Positions 38,047 through 52,152 of a stretch of DNA of 64,000 nt are shown in pieces. Origin of the DNA: Protoeuglena noctilucae (lineage: Eukaryota); NCBI GenBank assembly GCA_958009085.1, contig OY253686.1:186001-250000 (forward strand), written 5' to 3'. Position numbers and translations under genes: made by a program. Positions within the stretch are counted from its first letter, which is position 1, and every line of letters begins with the position of its first letter. A model generated the notes under the pieces. The model was not told the DNA's origin and did not search any database. It saw only the letters and a list, made by a program, of their open reading frames with translations.

Positions 38047-39394
38047 TCACGTCCCGGACCCCACTGCTACCCTACGAAGATGTCTCGGCGCCCGCCCCAT
38101 GCTCGCCCTCTCAGTGCCATCGCCCATCGTCCTCGCACGCAATGCCTCGTCAAAGGCCGCCTGCTGGGCCACCATGGCCGAGAGCGGTCGTAGCAAAGCG
38201 TTTTGGAGATTCGAATCTTCCTCCAGGACCCCCACTGCCCTCGCGACCGCGTCGCAGGTCATCATCAGCCCGTCACCCGGCTCTGCCAGCAGCCGCAGAG
38301 CAGAGCCGTGCAAGTCCAGACAATGTGGTTGTTTTGAGATACTGCCTGTTCCCACGGCAGCACCGTTAGAGCCATCATCTCCACCGATGCCCTTGCGCCC
38401 CCTCCCATCACCCACACCTAGTATGCTGTCCCCACCACCCTCCTCCCGCTTCCCCCCCATATGCATGCCCCCGCTCCCCTCCCCCACCCGCACCCTCAGC
38501 GCCAACGCCCCCACATGCCCCGCCTCCATCAACCGCTCAGTCATTTCCTTGGCTTGTCGCCACGTCCCATCCACCACTAGCAACACATAAGGCCCGAAAG
38601 CACTGAGAGGTGCGCCACAATCAGGCGATGCGATGGCTGACTTGGCAAGGAGCGACGCTGCGGGTGGGGGACTGAGAAGAAATCAAACCCACACAGGCAA
38701 CATTACATGGCTTGGTGTGACTTGACTTGACAGGTACTGTGCTGCACCTGAGCCAGGTGAGGGCACGACAAGGATACTGCACACGACACTGCACCTCACC
38801 CGCTTCAGAGCAAGGGATGCTGTCCTGCCCAGGGAACAGGAGCAGCAGCTTGGTCAGGCCGCTCTTGGCGTGTTGTATCACATCAGCGAGCAATGGAAAG
38901 CGATGGAGGGGAAAGGAGCGATGGACGAGGACGTGGCAGCGGGAGAGGCAACGCTGCGGGAGGAGGAGCGCAAGGGGTGGGTGGGTTGGGAGCGGTGGAG
39001 GGAGGTGTTGGGTGCGGTCCGGTCGGGCGCGTGCACAGCGCGAAGGGGTGGGAGGCCAGTCGCAATCCAAGCGCTGCCCCTTACTTTTATCAATGGCACG
39101 GTGGCGAAGGGCCGTTTCGCTTCGTGCGGGTGCTGCAGGATGATGACGGTCCCTGACATGGGGAGGGGCGCCGACGGCAGCCACGCGCAGAGGCACACCC
39201 GCCGAGGACGGCCGCACGCTCCGCTGCGTGAGTGGAGAGTAGTAGTTTTTAGAGCAACACGGAGCTTTGATAGATATGATCGAGGATTGATCGATGGATG
39301 AGAAAACGCACCAGAGGCGGGACGTCGCCTCCTCCCCTTCGCTGGCGGAGGCATCCAGGGATAGCCTGGGCTCCCATCCCGATACTTCGCCCAT
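38047..39394 (-). CDS. DTWD2: DTW-domain protein (tRNA acp3U aminocarboxypropyltransferase, DTWD2/TapT-like)
   Basis: CGACGRPRRVCLC, IILQHPHE..ATVPLI, LLLFPG, LVVDGTWRQAKEM, EP...MTCDAVARA. Confidence 0.88.
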
Positions 39395-39723
39395 AATCAC
39401 CGTATGCTCGCTATCGCACTCGATTTTGTGTCGGTCTGAGCTCGCAGGGCCGTCCTGCACAGCATGCACTCCATGAACGGCGCAGCGGAAGCGTCGCTGG
39501 ACAGGTGTGCATCACCGGCGCACAATTTGCGCTTTGTTCAACCTCGTTGGCTGTCACAGCCCGTCCACGCTTGTCGCTTTTGGCGCCAGTGCCCTCCCGG
39601 GTAGGGTCCATGACGACAGCCACCTGACCTGCGCCCCATTGCAGCAACGGCGTGCAGGATGTGCGCATCGGTACCGCCTGCTTTTGGCGCGCCTGTCACG
39701 ACTGGCCCGGGGTCCTTCGGGCG

Positions 39724-42700
39724 ATGAACCTGGGCCCCGCGGTGTGCCGCGTGCACCTCCCCTCTCTCGCCGGGGCCCTGCGCCTCCACAGCCGATTCGT
39801 CAGGTTTTCAGAAACGAGGCGTCTCTTCTCGCAGTCGCGACCCTGGAACCGCTTCAAGCGCTGCGCCCAGGCCGGTGAATGTCCGCGGCTGCCGCCCCGC
39901 GCCCTTTTTGCCGCCCTGGCCTGCGCGGGGAGGCTTGCTGGTGGCGGAGACACCGTCTGTGCGTAGTGTGGTCGCAAATGAACATCTCGTGGTTGTATTA
40001 GCCGCGGCCTAACACCTCTTCGCGCTTGCAGAGGAGGCGCACCAGTTCGCAAGGACCGTCGCGAACGACGCTGCCGCCATGGGCAAGGGCAAGCGCGAGA
40101 AGGACGAGCGCAACAAAGGTGAGAAGTTGATGCAGCTGTTGCAACTAGGACTGTGGGAATTCGCCGCCCGCGCTGACGGGCAGCGCAGGTGCAGCGCTGT
40201 GAGCTCGGTGCTGTCGCCCGCGCGGACAGATGCAGGTTTTATAAAGCCCGGATTCTTGCAATGAAAGTGCGATATCACTCGCAAATGCCATCTCTCGCCA
40301 CCCCCGCAGCGCGCATGTCCCAGCGCGGCCACTCCATGTCGTACCTCCAAGTGCTGGGCATCGGCACGGACATTGGCGACAGCGTCGCTTCTGTGGGCCT
40401 TTTCTTCAACAACCACAGGTGTGTGTGCGATGTATGGATGCATGGAGAGATGATAGAGAGGGATGCTGCATGCAGAGTATCGTATCGACTGCAGTTGCGC
40501 CCTTGTTACGGCTGCCCTGATAGCATCACCACGCTCAAATGCTTGGCACAGTAACTGTGCCTTTCTCATGTCTCTCACATAGGTTCCTCTTCAACTGCGG
40601 TGAGGGCTTCCAGCGTTACTGCCTGGAGCACCGGGTGCGTTTGAGCAAGATCGACACGGTGGCCCTGACGAGGGTATCCCCGGAAGCCACGGGGGGCATA
40701 CCGGGGACGATGCTCACGCTGGCGGGGCAGGCGAGGGTGATGGTGTCTGCGGGGCGAGGGGGCGGTGTTGGCGATGATGGCACTTTTCGCGTGTCCACCG
40801 CTGCTTATGCGTTTGCCATGCTGACCCATCGACCATCCCATCCATTCACCACTATAACCACTATGACAGTAATTACTATAATTACTAGTATAACATATAA
40901 CATTAGTAGTACCGTGACCATCTCATCCCCTTCCCACGTCGCAGCCATCCACGGCCGGCTTCCGTTTGGTGGGCCCTCGCCCCTTGGCAACGCTCATGGG
41001 GGGATTTGATCGCTTTGTGGCCACCAAGGACCTCCAAGTCGAGTACAGCGAACTGCCACCGACGGTCCCAACACAGCAAGGGGAGGCTGTGGGTGCGGGT
41101 GGCAGTGCAGGTGGTGGTGCGGATGCGGGTGCGGGTGGCAGTGAGGGTGGCAATGGGGATGCCCGGATGGGTGGCGTTGCTCCCCGCTCCCAGCCCTGCA
41201 TGTGGGGCCCGACGGTGGACTCCAATGCCCGCGTGACCCTTCGTGCTGTGGTGGTCTTCTCGGATCGTGCTGTGGGCAATAACGACACCGAGACGCCTAC
41301 CGCTGCGACGGGCGGGGGTGAGGGAGCTGGGCGCGAGGTGGGCGTGGAGGGCAGCGGCAGCGGCGGTGCGGAGGGGCGCGTGACCAAGCGTGCGCGGTTG
41401 GGAATGGGACCCCCCATGCGTGGGTCATGGGTGGAAGAAGCCAGGGATGGCGTGGCGATGCTGGGACGCGAAACGTGCTTCGAGGCGGCGTGCTACGTGC
41501 TGGAGCTGGCGGACGCTCCTGGGAAGTTCCTGCCTGATAAGGCGCGGGCGCTGGGGGTGACGATGGGGCCGGACTGCGGGCGGCTGGTGATGGGGGAGAG
41601 CGTGGTGGGGGCGGGGGGGGTGATGGTGCACCCGAGCCAGGTGAGCGCGGGTGGGGGTGGTGTGGGTGAGGGTTTGTGTGGTGGTGGGGTCAGGGTTGGT
41701 GTTGTGACGGAGCAGCTGTTATGTTCTACATTCGTGCCGTTGCTTTGCAACTGATGCTATCACCGCTCGTTTCTATCTGCTCAATTCAGGTGATGGAGCC
41801 GGATGTGCCTGGCCCGGTGTGCCTGGTGGTGGACTGCCCGGATGCCTCATTCATCGACAGCCTGGTGACGGGGGAGGTTTGGTCGGAGTATCAAGAAAGG
41901 CAGATGGGGGGGGTGGGGGGTGGGGTGGGGGCGGGAGAGGGGAATGGGGTGGGTGCAGGGGTGGGAGAGGGAGAGGGGTTAAAAGGGGGGCCAGGCAGCA
42001 AGGCGGGCAAGGTCCTTTGCGTGGTGCATTTGGCACCGGAGGTGAGGGAGTGGGGGCGTATACGCTGTGCGACTTGTACGATTGGCATTCCAACAACCAC
42101 GTGTGGTCATTGATCCATATCAATCACATCGGCTATCAATCACATCAATACATCATTCTTCACTCTCTCCCTCACAGTCCGTGGTCTCTGACCCCCGTTA
42201 CCTGGCCTGGCGCTCCTGCTTCCCCACCGCCGCCCACCACATCACGGTCAACCCCAGCGCCTGCCACCACGCCCCCGTGCTGCGATCCTCGGCGAATCTC
42301 ATGGCGAGACTGGCGGCGCTGGATTCTCAAATATTCGCCAATCACTTCAATGCGGGGGTAGAGGGCGAGGGGGTGGGGGTGGGTGATGTGAAGGGCGAGG
42401 GGGGCGAGGTGGCTGGGAGGAATCTGCTCAAGCTGTGGTGAGGCGGGAGACTGGGGTGTATTAAGCGAAAGTTGTTTGCCACGAATCGCCCCTTTTAAGG
42501 CCCATTGCAAACTTCATATCAACTCACTATATAATATCCGATCTCTTCGTGCTTTCTCATTCCCACCGCAGGCTCCTCCCAGCCGACAGGAAGGGGCGAT
42601 TTGAGTTACCCACGGACGGGCAGGGAGGGGCAGAGGGGGAGGGAGTGGGTGGGGATGAAGGGGCAGTGCAGAGGGCAGCGGCTGTGGGGGGTGTGGGGGT

Positions 42701-45176
42701 GGCGGGAGCGGGGGTGGCGGGGGCGGCAGCGGCGGTGGGGCAGGGCAGCCAGGGCCACCAGCCGCCGCGTTTGGGGTTCGGTTCTCCGCAAGTGATGAGC
42801 GGCAGCGAGTCTGGGAGCGTGGCGAGTGGCGGGGAGGAGGGGGGTGAGGTGACGGGTGCGGGTAGCAGTGCGGGTGCAGGTGTCACTGCGGGTAGCAGTG
42901 CGGGTGCAGGTGTCACTGCGGGTGGCAGTGCGGCCGCAGGTGTCACTGCGGGTGGCAGTGGCAGTGCGGTGGGTGGGGCAGTGAGGAAAGGGAAGGCTCT
43001 GAAGCGGCGTGGGTGGGCCAAGGCAGTGGCGGACTACCCAGGTCTCGACGACGATTCCCTGGAAATCACCTTTTTGGGGACCGGTGCGGCGTGCCCTAGC
43101 AAGGTGAGGGTGCATGGTGTGGGTGTGGGTGTGGGTGTGGGTGTGGGTGTGGGTGTGGGTGTGGGTGTGGGTGTGGGTGTGGGTGTGGGTGTGGGTGTGG
43201 GTGTGGGTGTGGGTGCGGGTGTGGGTGCGGGTGTGGGTGTATAGGGTGCGTGGGTGCGGCGTTGACTGGTACCAACATCTACATACTCTTCTACCCCCAT
43301 ACATATCCCCACATTCACCTCAACCCATCCCCCCATCTCTCCCAACCATCGCAGTATCGCAACGTCTCTGCCATCCTGCTCCGCCGCACCGGCCCCACCC
43401 CTGCTGCTTTGCTGTTGGATGCGGGGGAGGGCACCTATGGTCAACTGGTGCGGCGATTCGGTATCGCTGGCGCCGAGGAGGTCGTGAGGTCGATCCGGGG
43501 GGTGTGGCTGTCGCACGTGCACGCGGATCACCACATCGGGGTGCGGAGGGTGCTGCAGAGGAGGGTGGAGCTGCTGGGGGAGGAAGCGGCGAGGGAGGTG
43601 AGGGGCTGGGTGGGTGGGTGTGGTGATGTGGGGTGGGTGTGGGTGGAGTGGGTGCTGCAGAGGAGGGTTGAACTACGACTATCTCCTTGCTCTCAAACAG
43701 ATATCAGCACTAGTACTAATACTCGTATCCCCCCTCACCATCCCCAGAACCCCTGCCTGGTCATCGCCCCCCCTAACTCCCTTATAACACAGCACTCTGG
43801 TATTGTTAATTATAATGATATCCACCCCCATCGCCACTCTTTCCCCAGAACCCCTGCCTGGTCATCGCCCCCCGCCCCCTCCGCGACGTGCTGGGCGCCT
43901 ATGCGCAGTTGGAGACCCTCGCGTGCCGATACCTGGACGCCACTGCCACGGAACAGCGACCGCCGCCCATACGCGTGGGTGAGGGGCGGTGCGATGTGAT
44001 GAGGGTGGAGCAGTGAGAGTGGTTAATTGTCGGATGATATAATCAATATTCGACTATCGATGCTGAGAGTGATGGTGCTGCCACGATTTTCATTCATGAA
44101 AGCATTTGCACACTGCCCAAGCAAGAGCCAATCCCCAACACCGTCCCAACACCGCCCTCTACCCCACCCCCCCGCAGGCACCGCCACTGCCACCGCCACC
44201 ACCACCCTAACTACCACCACCCCCACTGCTTCCCCCGCCCTCTCTCCCCTTCTCACATCCATGGGCCTGTCTCGGTTGGAGAGCGTGCGTGTGGTGCACT
44301 GCCGGGATGCATTCGCATGCGTGGTGGAGGGGCAGGCGGGGTGGAAGGTGAGAGGGGAGAGATGGGGATGAGAGATAAGATGGGGTGTTGTGCGTTGCAT
44401 CTTGATACTTTGTTATACTTCATGTCCATACATAGTAGTACTACTATTACTAGCAGTACCACTATGCTTTCTTATAATAATGCCAAACATGGCACTTCAC
44501 CTCCCTGTATGATCCCCTTCGTTCATGCATCTAACTAGCCCCCCCTCTTCCTCCCCCTTTTCTCAGGTGGTCTATTCCGGCGACACGCGCCCGTGTGACG
44601 CGGTGGTGGATGCCGCCCGCAATGCCACGCTTCTCATCCACGAGGCAACGTTCGAGGACCAGCTGAGGGACGAGGCCATCAACAAGAGACACTCCACCAC
44701 GGGGGAGGTGAGGTGGAGTGACTGTGTATTAGAGGAGTGGTTTGATTGATCATTGTACGAATGCATGTGCCAGCACCGTCTTGCTACTCACCCACTCCAC
44801 TCTCTCTCATTACATATCCCTCTATCCATATCTCTCCCCCTTACCCAAGCACACCCCACCACACCCCACTCACCCCACTCACCCCACTCACCCCAATCAC
44901 CCCATTCCCCCTCAGGCCGTGTCGGTGGGCGCGCGTGCGGGCGTCTACCGCACCCTCCTCACCCACTTCAGCCAGCGTTACCCCCGCATCCCCGTCATCA
45001 ATAAATCCTATCGGCACAACACCTGCATCGCGTTCGACCTCATGACGATTCGATTCCGCGACCTCCCGGGCCTGCCGGACCTCGTGCCCCGTTTGAAACG
45101 CGTGTTCGAGGATTCGATTCCGGGCGATGACAAGGAGGGGGAGGACGTCGCAGTGCCATTCAGCGCGACGGACTGA
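39724..45176 (+). CDS. ELAC2: tRNase Z long form (ELAC2/TRZ), multi-exon; second in-frame ATG at 40079
   Basis: [94 protein letters not shown]. Confidence 0.95.
42855..42968 (+). repeat. 30-nt coding tandem repeat ([10 protein letters not shown]) in RNase Z
   Basis: gcgggtagcagtgcgggtgcaggtgtcact, about 3.5 copies. Confidence 0.85.
43116..43240 (+). repeat. (GGTGTG)n intronic microsatellite
   Basis: About 20 hexamer copies; a similar short array lies at ~2355-2400. Confidence 0.95.
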
Positions 45177-45459
45177 CAGGAGGAGGTGGGGATGGGGGTG
45201 TGAGGGGTGGGGTGTGTGCTGGTGCCTTGGAAGGGTGTGCTGGTGTGGAAGGTTGAGTGTGACGACGTGCGTTCGTGTGCATTGTCGGGGTTGGTGAGTC
45301 GTTTGAACGTTTCGCATGAAAACAATCGTTATACTTTTGGCAGGCCCATCGGGGTTTTCACGATAACACCAGTCGCTCGGTGAAAGCTTGAAGGCACGCT
45401 GTCTCGTCAGTTCATAATATATATCCAAACCATACATATTTAACTCTATCTCCGCCACC

Positions 45460-46660
45460 TCAGCTCCCCCTCTGGATGTCCACCACCTCGAACCGCAGCA
45501 CCACCTTCTGCCCCGCCAGCATCCCGTTGGCATCCAGCCTGACCGAGGTGTCAGAAACTGCAGGGGGAAGTAGAGACAGGGGATGTCCATCGACATCTAT
45601 CGGTGCCTTCGATAGATGGGCGATGGTTAATGGATCGACAAAGGTAGACCACATCAGCTACTAGCACTGTTGTCCACCTCTCCCACTCGCCCACCACTCT
45701 TGTCCACTCATCCACCACCCGCCCCCCCTCACCTTCCAGCACCACTGCCTGCGCCCCGTTCGCCAGCTCCACCACCCGCCCCTCTCACCTTCCAGCACCA
45801 CTGCCTGCGCCCCATTCGCCAGCTCCACCACCCGCCCTTCGTGGAGACCCCCCGTGGCCTTGTACCGCCCCTCCAGCCGCTGCACCTCCTCGTGGCTCCT
45901 AGGGACCTGAGCATTCAAATTAATATTTGAAAAATGAATTGACATAAACAGCTCATCATCACTGGTGCTACCGCCCCACCTACCTCTGCATTTAACATAA
46001 ACAACGTCACCATCGCTATTGCCACCCCACCGCCCCCCACCACCCTCCCTCGTCACCTCAAACATCAGATCCGGGTTCCACTCCGGCCCCGACGCCTCCA
46101 CCTCCGCCACGTCTCCCCTGGACAGCCCCCGCACCGCCCCATCCATCGCCTCAAAGAGGGGGTTGCCCACCACATCACCCGCACCGACCTCGAACGTCAG
46201 AGGGCCGTTCTCGGCACCGCCGTCCAGGAAGTTCGCGGGACCCTGGGGGAGCAACGGGTAGAGGTGCAGGGGTGGGAAGGTGACGTGGCATGGCAGAGTT
46301 GTGTGTCCGTGCCCAACTCGCTGGGCAGGATGAGCCTTGTGTCTGTTGGCACATCATTACCATCAGCACATACGCCCAACAGCTGTGTGTCATATTGCAA
46401 TTGTCGACCCACTGACGCACTCACGTCTTCGGTCTGCACGGAGATGTGGACGGTGACCTGGTCCCCGTTCATCACCACCATGGGAGGAACGGCGGAGTCG
46501 ACCTGCGCCATAAGAAGCGCATCCATGTCATTGCACACAAACACTCAGCGGCACGCAGCTTCGCTCTCACAGGAGTCCCAACTGCGTTGCCGCACAAACC
46601 TGGGAAGGGTTCCCCGAGCGCCTTGCGGAGGCCGAGCGGCGCCTCTCCTGCCAGCGCAGG
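45460..46660 (-). CDS. SlyD/FkpB-like FKBP peptidyl-prolyl isomerase; 5' end uncertain
   Basis: NGDQVTVH, PLTFEVGAG, AVRGLSRGD, VRLDANGMLAGQKVVLRFEVVDI. Confidence 0.8.
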
Positions 46661-47405
46661 GGGCACGCAAGTCTGCGCACGTCGGGTGGGATGATGAGCT
46701 AGGGAAAAGGCGCAGCGCATTCGCGGGGCGGGATGGATAGGCAGTGGAGGGTGTGCAGCTCTCGCGCCGCCACGGATGCGCCTGATGACGCCCGATGCTC
46801 ATCCGCGTTGCGTGCAATACTGTACATAGAGTGCCAGCAGCGACACAGGCTCGCGAACCGACCGCAGCTGCGCACCTGCTGCATGCCGGCGGTCGTGCGA
46901 GGGCGCGGGGGAGGGATCCAGTCGGCCGATGCCGAGCCCAGGTCGACGTGCCGCTCGATACCGTCGAAGTCATACCGCCTCTGCTCGCTTGACGCCGCCC
47001 GCGCGACTCCTCACGCCTCCTGTGCGCGAATGTGCCCTGCTAAGCTCCTCGGTCTCCTGCCGATGACTGCCGCACGGTCCGATGTCGCACTTCTACTCCT
47101 GCCTGTCCCTTGTCTTCCCGGATGCCCACGCCTCGCTCAGCGTCTGGCGTCAGATGGAGCGGTTCCGACAGCGCAGGCCGCGGCCACCCGATGCGCGGGG
47201 CGCGCTGATGCCGGCAGAAAAAAACCCGTTCCTTAACCGCACACATCCGCTCGTCTCGGCGCCAGGACCGCTCTGCTCGCACTCCCACATCTCGCATCCG
47301 CTCGCAGTCTGTGTTTGAAGCCAGGGGGGCGCTGGCATCCGCGGAGGGCCCTATCCCGCTCCTCGGGCGCTGTTCTGTGCGGATGAGAGGGAGCGGGGCA
47401 ACGAG

Positions 47406-50400
47406 ATGCGGCTGAACCTCAGCGACAAGGATGCAGGTGCGGCGCAGCCTGTTGCAGCTCGCATGGACCTTATGGCCGCGTTTTCCCCGGGGATCGTTAC
47501 CTGACCTTGAGCATGAGAGCCCATGTACCTGCCAGCACTCTCTCGTGCGCGCGCGCTGGCCCCTCGCGGCCTCGCTGCCAATCAAAGTGCCTTTGCACCT
47601 CTTGTCGCCGAATTCAGCGGCCCCGTGGCCGCACCGACGCGCCTCTCCTACCCGCGCTCGCACATCTCGCTATCTCTCTCCACTGCCCTCCCCACACCTG
47701 CCCCGCCGCACCTCCCAGCCCCGCGCGGTCCTCGCAGGCACGGGCGGGGAGCTCCTGTGCGCGATGACGTGGGCGTCCGGGAACGAGCTCCTCTCCGCCG
47801 GCGACGATTGCGTGCTGCAGCGATGGAGCGGCTTCGCCGACCCGCTGGGCCGCGTGGCGACGCTCCCCGCCCCTCCCGCCTGCATTGCCTTCCCGCCCTC
47901 GCAAGGCCTCTCGCCGAGCGCCCCTGCCGCCGCGGACGACGCTGTCGCCGTGGCGCTGACGGACGGCAAGGTGCTTCTGATGAATAAGTCGGGACGCGTC
48001 GAGAAGACGGTGCAGGTGAGGGCACCTGCACAGAGGAGGGGGACAGGGGGGCCCACGTACGTTAGCATGCAGCTCTAGCACGCAGCCTCAATCCATGTCA
48101 AGCAGCACTCGCAGCGCCGTCCTCACCCTCACCCTCACCGTCACCCTCACTGCCACCCTCACCCCCGCAGGCCCACCAGGGCGCGGCCATTTGCCTGGCG
48201 TGGGACGCGGACGGCGTGGCCTTCGCCACGGGCGGGGAGGACGGCGAGGTCAAGGTCTTCTCGCGAGCGGGGATGCTGCGAACGGCACTGCACCGTGGCA
48301 GTGAGGCCGTGTATGCCCTCGCCTGGTCCCCGGACAGCGCCAGGCTCGCCATCGCCGCGGGGTCCTCGGTGCTTCTGGCCTTCGTCGAGGGGTCAGGGCA
48401 GCCCACGACCTGGAAGTGAGTGGGATGGGATGGGTATGGGTGCGAGCGTGACGGTGACAGGGCTGGAGGCTCCCCCAGGCTCTGCTGCGCGTCTGCTGCA
48501 TGTGGTTGCACAGTCGCAGCCGTCGTTGTCGTCATCGCGCATAGATGATGGCAATGAATTGATCGTGACTCCTCCTCTGCTGCGCTGCAGGGCGCACGAG
48601 GGCGTGGTGCTAACCTTGTCGTGGAACGGCGTCACGGGGCGCATCGCCACCGGCGGAGAGGACTGCCGGTTCCGGGTGAGCAGCACGCGAGTCGCATGAT
48701 TCTGTTATCGGACATGTAAATCCGCCCCGCAGCGCTGCCGGGTCTCGTCGCAGCGGCAGGGTTCGCTCGCCGCACCGCCGCAGCGTGCGACTGCGAACCC
48801 GCGACCCGTCCTCTACGCCCGCCGAGTCACGATTCATTTACCACTTACTCCCGTGCAGGTTTGGGACTCGATGGGAACGCTCTTGGGCAAGTCGGAGGAG
48901 CTTTCGTCCGTGGTGACGGGCGTGGCGTGGTCTCCCCAGGGCACCCTGCTGGCCGTCGGGACCTTCAACGCGTGCCTCCTCTGCGACGCCTCCGGGAACG
49001 TGCTGAGCAAGCAGCGCGTGGCGGACGTGGGCTCCGTGTCGTCGCTCGGGTGGACCCCGGACGGGACGCGGCTGGCGGGGGCGGGGCTGCTGGGCCGCAT
49101 TTGCATGGGGGAGGTGGTGGGCGTGACGGTCGAGGACCGCGGGGCCATGGCGACGGTGGAGGGGCTGCAGAGGGTGCGCGTCACGCACATCCAGGACGAC
49201 GGGGCCGCGGAGGAGGTGCTTGAGTACCGGTGAGGGGCGGGGAGTGGGTGGTGGGTGGAAGGTGATGTGGCGATGTGATTGTTGAACGTCAATGCTAGTT
49301 TGGTGAGTTACGTTACCTTCCAAGGCATCCCCTTACCCACCACCTTTACCATTGCCACCCTCCCTTGCGCTGTCCAAGGCATCCCCTCACCACTGCCATT
49401 ACCGCCACCGCCCTTCCATGCTTTCCTCAGGGATCGCGTCGTGGGCCTCTCTGCCGGCTACGGCTACCTGGTCGTGGCCACTGCCACCCAGTGCTACGTC
49501 TACGCTGTGGGGAGGTGGGGCAGCCCCCACATCATCGATGCCAAGGGGTCCGTCCTGTTCCTCATACAGGTGATTGTATATGCTGTGATTGACATTGTTA
49601 GTACTACTGCTATGTACGTATTGTACCTGTACTTGTGCTGGCATCGAAGGTGGGGCAGCCCCCACATAATCGACGCCAAGGGGTCCGTCCTGTTCCTCAT
49701 ACAGGTGTGACTGATATGCTGTGATTCATATCGCTAGGACAGTTGCCAACCCGGTACATGAACAACAGGCATATCTGCTTATGCTGTCATGGAAGGCAGC
49801 CCCCACATCGTAGCACCCCCTCCACCCCCCTCACCCTCGCCACCCCTCTCACCCTCCCTTCACCCCTCTCCCTCACCCCCCAGGCCGACAAGTGCTTCCT
49901 GACCGCCGACTCCGTCCTCGGCATCCGCGTCTTCTCCTATGACGGCCGCGCCATGTGCAACCCCAAGATGCAGGGGACTGGTGCGGCACAGCTCACGAGG
50001 GGGCTCGTGGCCCTGGCGTCCGACACGCTCGCGGTCGTGACCAGGAACAAGCCCATGAGCGTGCAGGTGAGGGGTGGGAGGGCTGCGAGGGTGTTAAACA
50101 AGCACGCCTGTCGGCAGCACGCACCTATTCCGATGCAAAGCTTGATGCTCCCACCACTCACCGCTCCCCTTCTGCTTCAAATCCACCCCCCAGGTCCTGG
50201 ACGCGTCGTCTGGCCGCGTGGCCGGCCAGCCCATCGAGCACACGTCGCGCATCGTGGGGGTGGGGCTGAGTCAGGGTGGCTCTCCCGCCGACCGCATGGT
50301 GTCAGTGCTGGACGCCAGCGGGGACCTCTTCGTGGCACTGGTCAACAAGTGAGTGACTGCATATGGATGTAAGTTGCCATATCGGTGGGATGCACCATGT

Positions 50401-51891
50401 GCTCATGCCTGGGAACGATGGGTGGGTTGTTTGTTGTGAGAAGTGGTTTGACCATCGTAGTCACGCCCATCCACGCCCAGCCACTCACCTTGTCCCTCTC
50501 CCCTCACCCCAGGGGCCGCCTGGTCCGCATCGCGAGCGTGGTGACGGCTGCGGTGTGGCACACGGAGCAGGGGGCGCTGGCGGCGGCGGTCGATGGGTCG
50601 CTGCACGTGTGGTGGAACCCACGCATGGCCTTCCTGGATCGCGAGCTCATGGACAAGGCCAAGACGGTCAAGGAGGATGCGGCGCTGGGGAAGGCCGCGG
50701 GGCTCGTGGCGTTCCAGGTGGGTGGGGCATGCATGAGACGGCATGTAGAGTGGCTGACTGGGTGGCATGCCCTACGCACGCATTTGATGCATGTGTGATG
50801 CGGATCCTGGGTGGAAGACTCCGGTCATCGGCAATGCAGTCGTTATCAATATCATTAGTCACTTCTACCTTTCCTCTTATTCACTCCCACCATTCATCAC
50901 CCCCTTGGCATGCTCCCACTGCCGCAGGGCTCGCGTGTGGTGGCGGCAACCGCGGACGGCGTGCCGCAGGAGATCGACGTGCCGCCCTTCGCCCCGCGCC
51001 TGCACGCCCTGGCGGGGAAGGGCGCGTGGGCCGAGTGCATGCGCCTGTGCCGCTTCGCCAGGGACCCCGCAGTCTGGGCCGCGCTGGCGGGCATCGCTCT
51101 TAAGGAGCGGGAGCTCAGCACCGCCGAGGCGGCCTTCGCGGCCATCCAGGCCGCAGATCGCGTCGAGTTTGTGCAGCACCTGCGGCAGATACCCACGGGT
51201 GAGGCTGGGAGGTCGCTACAGCTGCGGGCATCGAGCAGGAAGACATCTGCGGCGAGAGTCTGCGCTCAGCGGCCTCTTCATGTCGTTTGTCATGCATCTT
51301 TTCTGCGATCCGGAGGTCCCGTGCTTCCTCCGCGCGCAGAGGAGGGCCGCAGCGCGGAGCTGGCGGCATTTGCGGGGGAGTTCGAGGCCGGGGAGGACCT
51401 GCTCCTGCGCGCGGGGCTCATCTACCGCGCGTTGGACCTCAACATGGCGCTGGTGAGGGGAAGGAGGATGCAGCGTCGACCGCAGAGAGCGCATTTGAGC
51501 CCGCTTCGAACGACGCGCGCCGTGGCCCCTGGCTGCAGTTCCGCTGGTCGCGCGCGCTGGAGCTGGCGGTCAAGCACAAGACGCACGTGGACACGGTGTT
51601 ACTGCGGCGCCAGCAGTACCTCGCGGCCGCGGGCCTCGAGGAGACGGACGGGCAGTTCCTGCAGTTCGCGGGGAAGGTGCGGGGGCGCGCAAGCTCGGCC
51701 GCGGCCGCGCTGGGATTGTACATTTGCTTCGCTGCAATCTGCCGCATGGCTCTTTAGAACCCCGCGTCGCCTGGGTGCAGGTCCCGCTCGACCCGGAGGC
51801 CATCGACAGCAAGGTGCGGCAGGAGATCGAGGCGGAGGCCGCACGGGAGGGAGCGAGACGATACCAGCCGCCCGGAGTCGCCGCCGCGTAG
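47406..51891 (+). CDS. IFT80: Intraflagellar transport protein 80 (WDR56)
   Basis: MRL...ELLSAGDD, GRVEKTVQ|AHQGA, ATGGEDGEVKVFSRAGMLR, AHEGVVL..ATGGEDCRFR|VWD, LVVATATQCYVY, WSRALELAVKHKTHVDTVL. Confidence 0.93.
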
Positions 51892-52152
51892 ATATCGCAA
51901 TCGTATCGGCGACAGGGGTGACCTGCTTGAATGTGACGTGCCAGAGCGAGCCCCTGAACCCCCTGGGCGTCACTCCAGCCCGACCACCAGCCAGATGTGG
52001 CATGACTGTAACGATCGCATGCGAGCGCCCGTGTTACCGCCGATTCCCCGTCGCCAGCTGCACACTCCTCTGGGTCCTGCGCATCTCCTGCGTTCGCTGG
52101 ACATCCAGTGCGTCGCCCATCGTGGCCTCGCTTGCTTGACTGACTCTGCAAC

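Noticed and set aside
43034..43626. Poly-PT/HP/VW/VG ORFs
   Set aside because: Translations of an intronic (GGTGTG)n microsatellite.
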